From contig DIRZ01000001.1 of NCBI GenBank assembly GCA_002421785.1, forward strand, positions 1 to 32,000: a stretch of 32,000 bases of DNA, in the 5' to 3' direction. The notes beneath the pieces were generated by a model. The model was not told where the DNA came from and did no database searches. It saw nothing but the letters and a program-made list of their open reading frames with translations. The stretch is from Candidatus Saccharimonadota bacterium (GTDB lineage Bacteria > Patescibacteriota > Saccharimonadia > Saccharimonadales > Saccharimonadaceae). A program made the translations under genes and the position numbers. Positions 22,069-31,522 of the stretch are shown here, piece by piece. Within the stretch, counting starts at the first letter, position 1; every line of letters begins with the position of its first letter.

Positions 22069-22716
22069 ATGCGGAGGTGGACTATGGTGCTAGCACTCGT
22101 AGTCACTAGTGCTGGTGTTGCGACCAGCGCCCCCGTCATCCGCTCGGTGTTTTTCCCGGCCGCTCCACGCGTCGTCACGCCCGCCACTTCAACGCCACCA
22201 CAAGGGCCAACAGAGCAGGACGTCAGCGCTGAGCACAATGTCTATGACAGCGATCTCGCCAAAAAGTTTGTTCTGTACCACGAGCTTGCCGCTCAGCTAG
22301 ACCAGCATACACTTGACGTCGCTGTGGAACCAGCGGTGCGCGAATTCGCTGCGCAACAATACCGCTACAACAACGAACAAGTTGCGCTATATAGCGCCTT
22401 ACTGCGTTCATTGAATGAGTCTTTTCCGCGGTTAGAGGATTATCCGAAGATTCCCGGAAGTAGCTGCGGCACCTATCCAACGTTTCCGGGAATGTTGCCG
22501 CATGGAGACGTTACTGCATTTCTGGAAACGACAGCCGATACCGTTGGCGCACCCTACCTGCGGCTCATCACCCAGCAACGTAATGACATCTTGACGACAA
22601 TTTCGGCTAACGAAGAATTTGCCAATTACAAACAGCTCTCAGATATCCGCAAGGAGTTCCTGGCGGCCAGGCGAGACAGCCTCAGGCAGCTACAACAACT
22701 GCAGCAACAAAATTAA
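22069..22716 (+). CDS. Divergent DUF305-like protein lacking the His-His motifs
   Basis: Compare [17 protein letters not shown] with MYPTFSGMASYEQMSVL of 9580..10212, and [11 protein letters not shown] in place of HHxxA. It has a signal peptide ([21 protein letters not shown]). The alternative start ATG 22084 has GGAGG 6 nt upstream. Confidence 0.6.
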   Translation: MRRWTMVLALVVTSAGVATSAPVIRSVFFPAAPRVVTPATSTPPQGPTEQDVSAEHNVYDSDLAKKFVLYHELAAQLDQHTLDVAVEPAVREFAAQQYRYNNEQVALYSALLRSLNESFPRLEDYPKIPGSSCGTYPTFPGMLPHGDVTAFLETTADTVGAPYLRLITQQRNDILTTISANEEFANYKQLSDIRKEFLAARRDSLRQLQQLQQQN

Positions 22717-23993
22717 CGACTAAACGGTCGGGCAAGCGTCAAGCTAGCATCTGACTCGGCAATACGAAGCAACTCGTTGTACTTCGCGATACGGTCAGTA
22801 CGGCTAAGTGAGCCAGTTTTAATCTGACCACAGCCCAGGCCAACCGCCAGGTGCGAGATTGTCACATCTTCAGTTTCGCCGCTTCGGTGGCTCATGACCG
22901 TGTTCCAGCCGGCCTGCTGCGCCATTTTGACTGCCTGAATTGTTTCGGTGAGGGAACCGATTTGGTTTGGCTTAATCAGAATTGCGTTGGCAGCTTTTTC
23001 GTCAATTGCGCGCTGCAATAGCTTTGTGTTCGTCACAAGCAAATCGTCGCCCACAAGTTGAAGCTTCGAACCAACTCGTTCGGTGAGTGCAGTCCAGCTA
23101 GCCCAATCATTTTCGTCCAGACCATCTTCGACCGACACGAGTGGGAATTCGCCAGCAATTTGGTCATACCATGCGCTGAGTTCCTGGGCGCTAACGGTGC
23201 GGCCTTCTGTGCGTAGGTTATATGTATCATTCTCAAACAACTCGCTCGCAGCAACATCGAGCGCAAGCGCAACGTCGGTACCAAGTGTGTAGCCAGCCGC
23301 TTCGACTGCCTGCTTGATGAGCTCAAGTGGCTCACGATTGCCGTTTTGCACCTTTGGCGCATAGCCACCTTCGTCACCAACAGTCGTGGCATAACCTGCG
23401 CTGCTGAGAATCTTTTTGAGGGCGTGAAAGACTTCTGTACCAATACGCAAGGTATCTTCAAACGTTGCGGCACCGGTTGGCATAATCATGTACTCCTGAA
23501 TGTCGGTACTACCAGCGGCATGCGCACCACCATTCATCACGTTCATCATTGGGAGTGGGAGACTAGGGGCGCTACCGGTCATATCGGCAACATAGCGCCA
23601 CAGCGGCACATTCTTTGCGGCGGCCACAGCTTTGGCAGCAGCCAAGCTAACTGACAAAATTGCATTCGCGCCAAGGTTTGCTTTGTTGTCGGTACCATCA
23701 AGCGCAAACATCGCTTCGTCGATTGCTTTTTGGTCGCCAGCATTGTGACCAACAAGCGCAGGAGCAATGACGTTGTTCACATTTGCAACTGCTTTATAAA
23801 CCGACTTGCCGCCCCAATGAGCGTCGCCGTCACGCAATTCCAAGGCTTCACCGGCACCGGTACTTGCGCCGCTTGGGACAGCCGCGCGGCCCATCGTGCC
23901 GTCAGTTAGTACAACGTCGGCTTCGACCGTTGGATTGCCGCGGGAGTCTATAATTTGTCGTGCTTTGATAGATGAAATAATGTATTCTTGCAT
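22713..23993 (-). CDS. eno: Enolase
   Basis: The similarity is full-length and canonical ([14 protein letters not shown]..., SHRSGETED). The start is set at ATG 23993 (MQEYII...) rather than the maximal ORF start at 24029. Confidence 0.95.
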   Translation of the reverse strand: MQEYIISSIKARQIIDSRGNPTVEADVVLTDGTMGRAAVPSGASTGAGEALELRDGDAHWGGKSVYKAVANVNNVIAPALVGHNAGDQKAIDEAMFALDGTDNKANLGANAILSVSLAAAKAVAAAKNVPLWRYVADMTGSAPSLPLPMMNVMNGGAHAAGSTDIQEYMIMPTGAATFEDTLRIGTEVFHALKKILSSAGYATTVGDEGGYAPKVQNGNREPLELIKQAVEAAGYTLGTDVALALDVAASELFENDTYNLRTEGRTVSAQELSAWYDQIAGEFPLVSVEDGLDENDWASWTALTERVGSKLQLVGDDLLVTNTKLLQRAIDEKAANAILIKPNQIGSLTETIQAVKMAQQAGWNTVMSHRSGETEDVTISHLAVGLGCGQIKTGSLSRTDRIAKYNELLRIAESDASLTLARPFSR

Positions 23994-23999
23994 CCCTAT

Positions 24000-24005
24000 A
24001 TTGTA
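24000..24005 (-). promoter_or_regulatory. TACAAT (minus strand) 6 nt upstream of the eno ATG (leaderless candidate)
   Basis: The minus strand reads cggTACAATatagggATG. There is no SD. Confidence 0.35.
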
Positions 24006-24049
24006 CCGCGAATTTGTCTTTCGGGGCAAATTACGCCATACTAAACACT

Positions 24050-24709
24050 ATGAACAGCACCCATACTCACAAAGGAATTCTTGTTATTAGCCGCCACGCC
24101 GAAAGCGAGTGGAACCTGCTCGGTAAGTGGACCGGCCTGACTGACGTCAACCTCACCGACAAGGGTCGACACGAATCGACACTACTTGGTGAGCTACTCG
24201 ACGACATTGACTTTGACGCCGTGTACACCAGCGACCTAAAGCGCACACACCAAACGCTGGAAGGCATTTTGGAAGGCAAGCCAGGCGAGCATACTCCACC
24301 CCACGTCAAACACGCGGCACTCAACGAACGTGATTATGGGGACTACACCGGACTAAACAAATGGGAAGTAAAAGACAAAGTGGGCGACGAGGAGTTCCAG
24401 GCAATTCGTCGTAAGTGGGACCACCCTGTACCAGGTGGCGAAACGCTCAAAGCCGTCCATGGACGCGCCATTCCATACTTTGATGACGAAATATTGCCAC
24501 GCCTCCAGGCTGGCGAGAACATCCTGATGGTGAGCCATGGCAACACTATCCGCGCTCTCATGAAGCACCTCGACGACATTCACGAAGACGACATGGCTGA
24601 AGTTGAAATGCCGTTTGGGACGCTGCTGATTTATCACTTCGAACCGAGCGCTGCGAAGCCAATCAAAAAAGACGTTCGCGCTATCGACATCGTTCCGCCA
24701 CACGCCTAA
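24050..24709 (+). CDS. gpmA: 2,3-bisphosphoglycerate-dependent phosphoglycerate mutase (short form)
   Basis: The motifs are RHAESEWN, LNERDYGDYTGLNK and MVSHGNTIRALMKHLD. It is divergent from eno. The start is set at ATG 24050, which is preceded by CATACT 7 nt upstream. Confidence 0.85.
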   Translation: MNSTHTHKGILVISRHAESEWNLLGKWTGLTDVNLTDKGRHESTLLGELLDDIDFDAVYTSDLKRTHQTLEGILEGKPGEHTPPHVKHAALNERDYGDYTGLNKWEVKDKVGDEEFQAIRRKWDHPVPGGETLKAVHGRAIPYFDDEILPRLQAGENILMVSHGNTIRALMKHLDDIHEDDMAEVEMPFGTLLIYHFEPSAAKPIKKDVRAIDIVPPHA

Positions 24710-24720
24710 CCAAGTAAAAT

Positions 24721-24742
24721 GCCCCTCGTGTCGCCGAGGGGC
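24721..24742. terminator. GC hairpin between convergent genes; on the minus strand it is followed by AUUUUAC
   Basis: GCCCCTCG and CGAGGGGC form a perfect 8-bp stem with a 6-nt loop. Confidence 0.6.
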
Positions 24743-24771
24743 GGGGCGCCGGCTACGCCGGATGGGAAGCG

Positions 24772-25068
24772 TCAGAGCCTGTGACGGGTCTCCGTGAAGA
24801 GCGGCGGCGGCAGTGGGCGGCCGCTGGCGTCGTGGTTGAGCAGCTCCTTGGCGCCGCCTAACATGTTGGCGATCATGAAGATGCCGAGAACGGCACCGCC
24901 GACGATGTCGACGATGAAGAACGAGGCGACACCCCACAGGAAGCCGTGGCTGAGCCCGACGACGATGGCGACGACGATGGCGACGATCGAGAGGACCATC
25001 ATGCCGATCATGATCATGCCGTGGCGGGCGAACATCTTACCGAAGCTGTCCATGCTGTAACCTTTCAT
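24772..25068 (-). CDS. Small two-TM membrane protein (second high-GC island)
   Basis: GGAGG lies 9 nt upstream of ATG 25068. GC3 is very high (atc gtc gcc ... codons). There are hydrophobic helices. The competing ORFs 24794..25060(+) and 24353..24937(-) lack start signals. Confidence 0.6.
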   Translation of the reverse strand: MKGYSMDSFGKMFARHGMIMIGMMVLSIVAIVVAIVVGLSHGFLWGVASFFIVDIVGGAVLGIFMIANMLGGAKELLNHDASGRPLPPPLFTETRHRL

Positions 25069-25073
25069 GTACG

Positions 25074-25094
25074 AAGCCTCCGGGCTGGAGGCTT
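25074..25094 (-). promoter_or_regulatory. 5'-UTR hairpin that sequesters the SD of the 98-aa gene
   Basis: The mRNA reads AAGCCUCC-agccc-GGAGGCUU with an 8-bp stem. Its 3' arm contains the GGAGG SD. Confidence 0.35.
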
Positions 25095-25156
25095 ACTCAT
25101 TACTATATTATATACCTTCGTTTTGATTTTGTCAATTCTATGTTTTTCTTTCACGG

Positions 25157-25165
25157 TGGTATTAT
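25157..25165 (+). promoter_or_regulatory. Extended -10 promoter (TGgTATTAT) 6 nt upstream of ATG 25172 (leaderless)
   Basis: The sequence reads TGgTATTAT-agggcc-ATG. There is no SD. Confidence 0.45.
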
Positions 25166-25171
25166 AGGGCC

Positions 25172-25936
25172 ATGACGAAGCGACCGGAAATCACCCCGAA
25201 CAACTATCAAGAAGTATATGACTACTATGAAACGCCCCGCCTCAAGCCGTTATTCAATGCTGCGTATTTTCACCTCTCGCATGCGTTGTATGCACCCGAC
25301 GTGCTCCTCGCGGATGAAACGAGGGAGCGGATCGAAGAACAACTAGCCCTTGGGAAAGGTGCAATTATCGCATCTAACCACCCGAGTGCCCAGGACCCAT
25401 TTGTAGCTGCGGCTGCTATGCAGGAAACAGGCATTCCACAGCTTCGTGAATTTACCGCCTATGCAAAGGACTCGCTATTCCATGGCATCACTCTGCCATT
25501 CTTTGAGTATACGGGCGCAATCCCAGTGTTTCGGCCAACCACCCATGACCATATCGATTCTCGTGAAATGATGCAGATAACCGAACGACTGTTCCGTGTA
25601 ACGGCAAGCCGGCTTCGACAGGGGAAAAACGTTGCAATCATGCCCGAAGGCAAACGCTCATCAACCGATGAACTTCGCTATCTAAAATTCCAAAGCATCC
25701 GTGGCGGCATCGCACGGGTTGCGCGGTACGCTACCGATGCGTCATCATTCATTATTCCACTTGGCATCCATTATCGGTCAGAGGATCCCCGCAGTCTCGT
25801 CATGCCAGCACACCATACGGCTGTGGCGTTTGGCAACCCCATTACGCGCTACCCTGGGGCAGTCTATGACCTACGGCGCGAGGTACACACAACCATGCAA
25901 AAAGCACTTAATGCTGCTGCCGAGATGCACGAATAA
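25172..25936 (+). CDS. Lysophospholipid (1-acyl-sn-glycerol-3-phosphate) acyltransferase family protein
   Basis: The acyltransferase motifs NHxxxxD (ASNHPSAQDP) and PEG (IMPEGKRS) are present. Confidence 0.75.
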   Translation: MTKRPEITPNNYQEVYDYYETPRLKPLFNAAYFHLSHALYAPDVLLADETRERIEEQLALGKGAIIASNHPSAQDPFVAAAAMQETGIPQLREFTAYAKDSLFHGITLPFFEYTGAIPVFRPTTHDHIDSREMMQITERLFRVTASRLRQGKNVAIMPEGKRSSTDELRYLKFQSIRGGIARVARYATDASSFIIPLGIHYRSEDPRSLVMPAHHTAVAFGNPITRYPGAVYDLRREVHTTMQKALNAAAEMHE

Positions 25937-25947
25937 CGCTAAGGTAA

Positions 25948-26352
25948 CTAGTGATGAACGATCTTTCGTAATTTCTTCGCTTGGGCAATATATGCTTCGA
26001 GCGTACTAATGCTAGGGACTTTAGTGGCGCCTGTGTTTTGCTCGGCATACGCCAGCAAATCGCGGCGCAAGCTATCGCTGTCGTGGTATGCCAGCTTCGG
26101 AACCGTACAAACTCCCACGGCACAAAGGAGCCCAGCAACCGCCGCGCCCACGCCGTCAATACGCATTAAGTCTGCCTGGTGCACCCATTTTTTCACCAGT
26201 TCATCGGTAAGCCTGGCTTCATCGGCAAGCCGCATTCTCCCAGTTGATGTTGCCCCCGCCTCAAGTAATTGGCTAGTTGTACGCACGCCTGCTTCCGCCA
26301 AAGCCTCTGCCTGCGCTTCACTTATTCCGTAAATATCTTTGACGCTTGCCAT
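25948..26352 (-). CDS. DUF4332-like (tandem helix-hairpin-helix) protein
   Basis: GGAGGA lies upstream of ATG 26352. The repeats are I.GISEAQAEALAEAGVRT..QLL and ADLMRIDGVGAAVAGLLCAVGVCTVPKLA. The maximal ORF start at 26454 is rejected. Confidence 0.55.
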   Translation of the reverse strand: MASVKDIYGISEAQAEALAEAGVRTTSQLLEAGATSTGRMRLADEARLTDELVKKWVHQADLMRIDGVGAAVAGLLCAVGVCTVPKLAYHDSDSLRRDLLAYAEQNTGATKVPSISTLEAYIAQAKKLRKIVHH

Positions 26353-26482
26353 AGGGTCCTCCACGCTTGCCTCAAACCATTGTATGGTTGTCATTATACA
26401 CCCCGCCGCGCATTTTGCCTGTGAATTAGATTGCCATAAGAGTATTTTACCCATAAGCGTTATGAGGTATACTAGGCGTAGT

Positions 26483-28885
26483 ATGAATAATCACGAAAAA
26501 CACTCGATGGGCCAGTACTTGCGTGCTGTCAACTATTTGACCGCAGCACAAATCTTTTTAGCAGACAATCACACGATGAAACGCGGCATCACGTTCGATG
26601 ATGTAAAGTCGCGCCTACTCGGCCACTGGGGCAGCGGACCCGGCATCAACTTTGCCTACGCGCACCTTAGCCGCTACGCCAAAAAGTATGACCAAGACAT
26701 GATGTTCGTGCTCGGGCCGGGCCACGGCTTCCCAGCGCTTCAGGCGAACCTGTTCCTTGAAGGCACGCTGACTCATTTTGATCCATCATTGCAGCTCAAC
26801 CTCGACGGAGTCGCGCGACTTTGCCGTCAATTTAGTTGGCCCTACGGCTACCCAAGCCACTCCAACCCAGAAACGCCAGGCGTTATCTTGGAAGGCGGTG
26901 AACTTGGCTACGCGCTGAGCACAAGTTATGGCGCCATCATGGACAACCCTAACCTTGTTGTGGCTTGCCTAGTCGGTGATGGCGAGGCAGAGACCGGACC
27001 AACCGCAGGTGCATGGCACCTCAACAAACTGGTTAATCCACGTAAGGACGGCGTCGTACTACCAATCCTTCACCTCAATGGCTACAAAATCAGCGCGCCA
27101 ACTATTTTTGGGCGCATGAGTAACTATGAACTAATGACACTCTTTAGCGGCTACGGCTATGAGCCACGGATTGTCGATACAACGTCGAGCACTATGAACG
27201 AGGCGAACGACAAAATGGCAGAAGCCCTCGACTGGGCACACGACTTGATTGAAGAAATCAAACAGAGCACCGATACTGTCGCACAACGTATGCCGATGAT
27301 CATTATGCGAACCCTGAAGGGTTGGACTGGCGTAAAAGAACTGAACGGCGACCGGGTAGAAGGGAACTGCCTTGCGCACCAAGTCGTGCTGAGTGAAGCT
27401 AAGACCGACGAAGCCCAATTGGCGCTCCTCAATGAATGGCTTGGCAACTACAAATTCGGAGAGCTTTTCAGCGAAGAAAATGGCTTCGGTAACTTTATCG
27501 AAGACATCATCCCTGAAAATCCCGCAAAACGCCTTGGCATGAGCAAACACGCGCATGGCGGCGATGCCGTTTACAAACCGCTTAACCTGCCACCCGTTGA
27601 GCAATTCGCAGAAGATGCCGTAGCCCCAGGCACCATGGGCAGTAGCAGCATGCGCCGCACCGGCCTTTACCTTGAAGAAGTATTCCGTCGCAACGCCGAT
27701 AGCAAAAACTTCCGCTTCATGAGCCCGGATGAGACCTACTCCAATAAACTTGATGATATCTTCAAAGCTACCAGCCGAAGTTGGCAATGGCCAATCACCA
27801 GCTGGGACAAAGATCTCAGCCAAGACGGGCGAGTTATGGAAATGCTGAGCGAGCATAACATGCAGGGCCTTATGCAGGGCTATGTACTCACAGGCCGCCA
27901 CGCAATGTTCGCTAGTTACGAAGCGTTCCTACAGGTTGTCAGCAGTATGGTTGACCAGTACGCTAAGTTCCTCACGCAGAGTCGTGGTGTCGAATGGCGC
28001 GGCACAATCCCAAGCATCAACTACATTCTCACCAGCAGTGGTTGGCGCCAGGATCACAACGGCTTCAGCCACCAGAACCCTGGCTTCATCGACGATTTGC
28101 TCCGTCGCCAAAGTAACTTTAGCGACGTCTATTTCCCTGCAGACGGTAACTGCACCCTTGTCGCGCTCGAAAAAATGCTGACCAGCGTCCGCCAAATTAA
28201 CGCGATCGTCGCAGGCAAAACCGTCGAGCCGCGCTGGCTGACCGTCGAAAAAGCGCGTCAGCAAATCGATGCAGGCTTAATGGTGTGGGACTTTGCCAGC
28301 CAGGAAAACCCACACATCGTGATGGCCGCTTGTGGCGACTACCCAACAAAGGAAACAATGGCCGCCATCGATATCATCCGCACCGAGCGCCCCGACGTCC
28401 GCATACGCTGCGTCAATGTAAGCAGCCTCACAACCATGGGCTTCGGTACGCTCAACAATACCGCCGACCAAAAAATGTTTGACCACATATTTACCGAAGA
28501 CAAACCTGTGGTGTTCAACTTCCACGGCTACCCGCAAACGGTCAAGTCGGTCCTGTTTAATTATGCCGTCGACAGTACGCGCTTTGACGTTCGTGGCTAT
28601 AAAGAAATCGGAAGCACGACGACGCCGTTTGACATGCACGTTCGTAACGAAACAAGCCGCTACGACCTCGCTATTGCCGCCTTTAGGCAGCTTGGTCACG
28701 ACGGTGCGATTCCATTCGAAGAAGCCGAGCACTTAGCTGCAAAATACCGCGGAAAGCTCGAAGCAAATACCGCCTACATCAAAGAAAACGGCATCGACTT
28801 ACCTGAGCTTGACGCATGGGTGTGGCCAGATGCACGTGGACTAACTAAAACAGAAGAAGAAGCCTGGCACGGCCAGACAAACTAG
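26483..28885 (+). CDS. xfp: Phosphoketolase (xylulose-5-P/fructose-6-P)
   Basis: The motifs are YLRAVNYLTAAQIFL, GHWGSGPGINF and EGGELGYALS, over about 800 aa. The start is set at ATG 26483, and TATACT lies at 26468-26473. Confidence 0.95.
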   Translation: MNNHEKHSMGQYLRAVNYLTAAQIFLADNHTMKRGITFDDVKSRLLGHWGSGPGINFAYAHLSRYAKKYDQDMMFVLGPGHGFPALQANLFLEGTLTHFDPSLQLNLDGVARLCRQFSWPYGYPSHSNPETPGVILEGGELGYALSTSYGAIMDNPNLVVACLVGDGEAETGPTAGAWHLNKLVNPRKDGVVLPILHLNGYKISAPTIFGRMSNYELMTLFSGYGYEPRIVDTTSSTMNEANDKMAEALDWAHDLIEEIKQSTDTVAQRMPMIIMRTLKGWTGVKELNGDRVEGNCLAHQVVLSEAKTDEAQLALLNEWLGNYKFGELFSEENGFGNFIEDIIPENPAKRLGMSKHAHGGDAVYKPLNLPPVEQFAEDAVAPGTMGSSSMRRTGLYLEEVFRRNADSKNFRFMSPDETYSNKLDDIFKATSRSWQWPITSWDKDLSQDGRVMEMLSEHNMQGLMQGYVLTGRHAMFASYEAFLQVVSSMVDQYAKFLTQSRGVEWRGTIPSINYILTSSGWRQDHNGFSHQNPGFIDDLLRRQSNFSDVYFPADGNCTLVALEKMLTSVRQINAIVAGKTVEPRWLTVEKARQQIDAGLMVWDFASQENPHIVMAACGDYPTKETMAAIDIIRTERPDVRIRCVNVSSLTTMGFGTLNNTADQKMFDHIFTEDKPVVFNFHGYPQTVKSVLFNYAVDSTRFDVRGYKEIGSTTTPFDMHVRNETSRYDLAIAAFRQLGHDGAIPFEEAEHLAAKYRGKLEANTAYIKENGIDLPELDAWVWPDARGLTKTEEEAWHGQTN

Positions 28886-28887
28886 CT

Positions 28888-30090
28888 ATGGCCGATACCG
28901 CTCAGTCACTTATACTCGTCGCCAACCCAGGTAGTGCGAGTCGCAAGTATGCACTCTACGATGGTGCACTGACTGAGCGGGCACAGCTTCATTTCGAACA
29001 TGTCGGCGCCGGCATTCATGCAACACTTCACCGTGGTGATGAATCGCATGATATCCCAGTGAGTTTTAGTGATATTGCCGAAGCGGGTCGCCATATAGAC
29101 GCCATACTACGCGACCAGAATATTGTTCAAGAAGGCGAGACAATCGATCGCATTGGGCTTCGGGTGGTTGCTCCTAGTGCTTACTTCATGAAGGACCATA
29201 TCATTAACGAGGACGTCGTTACAAAACTAGAAGAAGTTTCGTCGCTTGCGCCGCTGCACATAAGCGCCACTCTCAACGAACTCAAGCTACTCCGCGACAG
29301 TAATCAAACGGCACAGATTGTCGGTGTCAGCGACAGTGCGTTCCACGCGACCAAGCCTAACTATGCCTGGAATTACGGCATCAATATACAGGACGCTGAC
29401 CGGCTCGACATCAAGCGATTTGGCTATCATGGTCTATCTGTTTCTAGCGCCATCGAAGCGCTCTGGGATGCTGGCAAGCTCCCACCAAAGGTCATTGTCT
29501 GCCACCTTGGCAGCGGCTCATCGATTACCGGAGTATTCCACGGTCGCAGCATCGACACTACCATGGGTTTCACGCCGCTTGATGGTGTCATTATGGCAAC
29601 GCGGAGCGGCTCGATTGATCCAGGCGCTGTCCGCGCACTACAGCACGGCCTAAAGCTTGACGAGGAGGGGGTAGAGAACTACCTAAACAACAATTCCGGC
29701 CTACTCGGACTCGGCGGGAGTAATGATATTCGCCAGTTAATTCAGCGTGAAATCGATGGCGACCACGCCGCACATCTCGCACTGACGACGCTCATTCATA
29801 CTATCCATAAAGCCATTGGCAGCATGCTCGTTGCTATGAACGGGTGCGATTTATTGGTATTTACAGGAACCGTCGGCGAGCGCAGCGCAAACCTACGCAA
29901 AAGAATCGTGGCACACCTAGAGTTTACCGATTTCATTCTTGACGGCGAACTAAACAACGCGTGCACAAGCCCCGACAGAATGACGGCGCTCAACCAAAAG
30001 GGGAAGTCCCGTCCTATCTTTGTCATTCCCGCCAACGAGTCACGCGAGATCGCTAAGCATGTACTTAGCGCCACAAAAGACGTACAATAA
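28888..30090 (+). CDS. ackA: Acetate kinase
   Basis: The motifs are NPGSASRKY, SDSAFH, FGYHGLS and HLGSGSSITGVFHGRSIDTTMGFTPLDGVIMATRSGSIDPG. It starts 2 nt after the xfp stop. Confidence 0.9.
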   Translation: MADTAQSLILVANPGSASRKYALYDGALTERAQLHFEHVGAGIHATLHRGDESHDIPVSFSDIAEAGRHIDAILRDQNIVQEGETIDRIGLRVVAPSAYFMKDHIINEDVVTKLEEVSSLAPLHISATLNELKLLRDSNQTAQIVGVSDSAFHATKPNYAWNYGINIQDADRLDIKRFGYHGLSVSSAIEALWDAGKLPPKVIVCHLGSGSSITGVFHGRSIDTTMGFTPLDGVIMATRSGSIDPGAVRALQHGLKLDEEGVENYLNNNSGLLGLGGSNDIRQLIQREIDGDHAAHLALTTLIHTIHKAIGSMLVAMNGCDLLVFTGTVGERSANLRKRIVAHLEFTDFILDGELNNACTSPDRMTALNQKGKSRPIFVIPANESREIAKHVLSATKDVQ

Positions 30091-30118
30091 CCATCAACAA
30101 CGTAAACGGAATCATGCA

Positions 30119-31513
30119 ATGGCAAACCTGTACTCCTGGATAAATGACCTCGTAGGGAACCATGAAGCGAATAAGCAGGCACGCCTGCACGAACAAAATC
30201 TTGGTCGTGCTCGCAAGCATTATGGTAAATTTGGAAGGTTCGTCCGTGTTCTTGGTCCGGGTGTTGTTACCGGCGCAGCAGACGACGACCCAAGCGGCAT
30301 TGCGACGTACTCGCAAGCAGGTGCGGCCTACGGATACGGCCTCCTGTGGCTGTTTCCAATCATGTTCCCGCTGCTCCTGGCCGTGCAGGAAAGCTGCGCG
30401 CGCATTGGCGCCGTCAGCGGGGACGGACTTGCCGCCATTCTAAAAAAGCATTACAGCAAGAAGATTCTTTACTCAGCAGTGACGCTCGTTGTTGTGGCGA
30501 ATACCGTCAACATTGGCGCAAACCTTGCCGCAATGGCGGCAACCACCGAGCTGCTTGTTCCGGGTGCATCGGTGTCTGGGCTGGCGATTATGTTCGCCCT
30601 CATCTGTGTCGTCATGCAAATCGCCGTACCCTACAAACAGTATGCGCGCATCCTTAAATGGCTTGCAATCGCGCTGTTCGCCTATCCCGTTACGGCGTTT
30701 CTTGTAGGGCAACCATGGGGAGAAGTGTTCGCCAGCACACTCATTCCCGACTTTAGCATCATCAACAAAGACACTATTTACATTATGGTCGGTATCCTCG
30801 GCACTACTATTAGCCCCTATTTGTTTTTCTGGAATACAAGCGAAGTCACCGAAGACGAAGTCGAAACGCATCGAATCAAAACATCATCCGGGACGGGCAT
30901 ACCACGCATTAGTGCCCGGTTCATTAAAAGCATTCGGATTGACAACCTCGTAGGGATGACGCTCGCAAGTGTCTCTGCCTGGTTTATTGTTATCGCCTGT
31001 GCGTCAGTGCTCCACGCTAATGGCATCACCGAAATCAATAGCGCGCAGGACGCCGCAGCCGCGCTTGAGCCGCTTGTACAAGGATTCCCAAACTCTGGGT
31101 TTATCGCTAAGCTGCTATTTAGTGTTGGTATCGTCGGCATTGGGTTGCTCGCCGTCCCAGTTCTAGCCGGATCTTCAAGCTATGCGGTCAGCGAAGCACT
31201 CGGCCTGAAGGAGGGTTATTACCGTAAATTCAGCAAAGCCAAAGCATTCTACGGCATTATCGCGCTCGCCACCCTGGCTGGTCTTATCGTCAACTTTATC
31301 GGCATCGACCCTATCCAAGCACTCATCTTTACCGCCGTCTTCAACGCAGTCGCGAGTGTACCCTTGCTGTTCATGATTTATAAAGTGGGCAATAACCGGG
31401 ACGTTATGGGTCAGTACAAAAACAATCGATGGAGCAACGTTGGCGTCATGGCCGCATTCATCCTTATGGCCATCGCAACAGTCGTACTTTTCACCTCGCT
31501 CATTCCGCGGTAA
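30119..31513 (+). CDS. NRAMP-family divalent metal cation transporter
   Basis: The motifs are GPGVVTGAADDDPSGIATYSQAGAAYGYGLLW and GTTISPYLFFWN, with about 11 TM helices. The start is set at ATG 30119, after the ackA stop. Confidence 0.9.
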   Translation: MANLYSWINDLVGNHEANKQARLHEQNLGRARKHYGKFGRFVRVLGPGVVTGAADDDPSGIATYSQAGAAYGYGLLWLFPIMFPLLLAVQESCARIGAVSGDGLAAILKKHYSKKILYSAVTLVVVANTVNIGANLAAMAATTELLVPGASVSGLAIMFALICVVMQIAVPYKQYARILKWLAIALFAYPVTAFLVGQPWGEVFASTLIPDFSIINKDTIYIMVGILGTTISPYLFFWNTSEVTEDEVETHRIKTSSGTGIPRISARFIKSIRIDNLVGMTLASVSAWFIVIACASVLHANGITEINSAQDAAAALEPLVQGFPNSGFIAKLLFSVGIVGIGLLAVPVLAGSSSYAVSEALGLKEGYYRKFSKAKAFYGIIALATLAGLIVNFIGIDPIQALIFTAVFNAVASVPLLFMIYKVGNNRDVMGQYKNNRWSNVGVMAAFILMAIATVVLFTSLIPR

Positions 31514-31516
31514 TAT
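31511..31516 (+). promoter_or_regulatory. TAATAT 6 nt upstream of ATG 31523 (leaderless candidate); it overlaps the NRAMP stop codon
   Basis: The sequence reads TAATAT-agatag-ATG. There is no SD. Confidence 0.3.
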
Positions 31517-31522
31517 AGATAG

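Noticed and set aside
24353-24937. 194-aa Arg/His-rich minus-strand ORF and the 88-aa plus-strand ORF 24794..25060
   Set aside because: The first is antisense to gpmA and runs through the terminator hairpin. The second is the mirror frame of the GC-rich 98-aa gene and has no SD.
27131-27901. 256-aa minus-strand ORF inside the phosphoketolase gene
   Set aside because: It is antisense to a highly conserved gene and has no signals.
22713-30121. N-terminal extensions of the maximal ORFs for eno (24029), gpmA (24014), DUF4332-like (26454), xfp (26339) and NRAMP (30020). The same applies to 417, 5378, 8839, 18075 and 22000 elsewhere.
   Set aside because: The extensions overlap neighbouring genes or terminators, use TTG or GTG, or add non-conserved residues ahead of well-known N-termini. 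Internal ATGs with SD or -10 signals were chosen instead.
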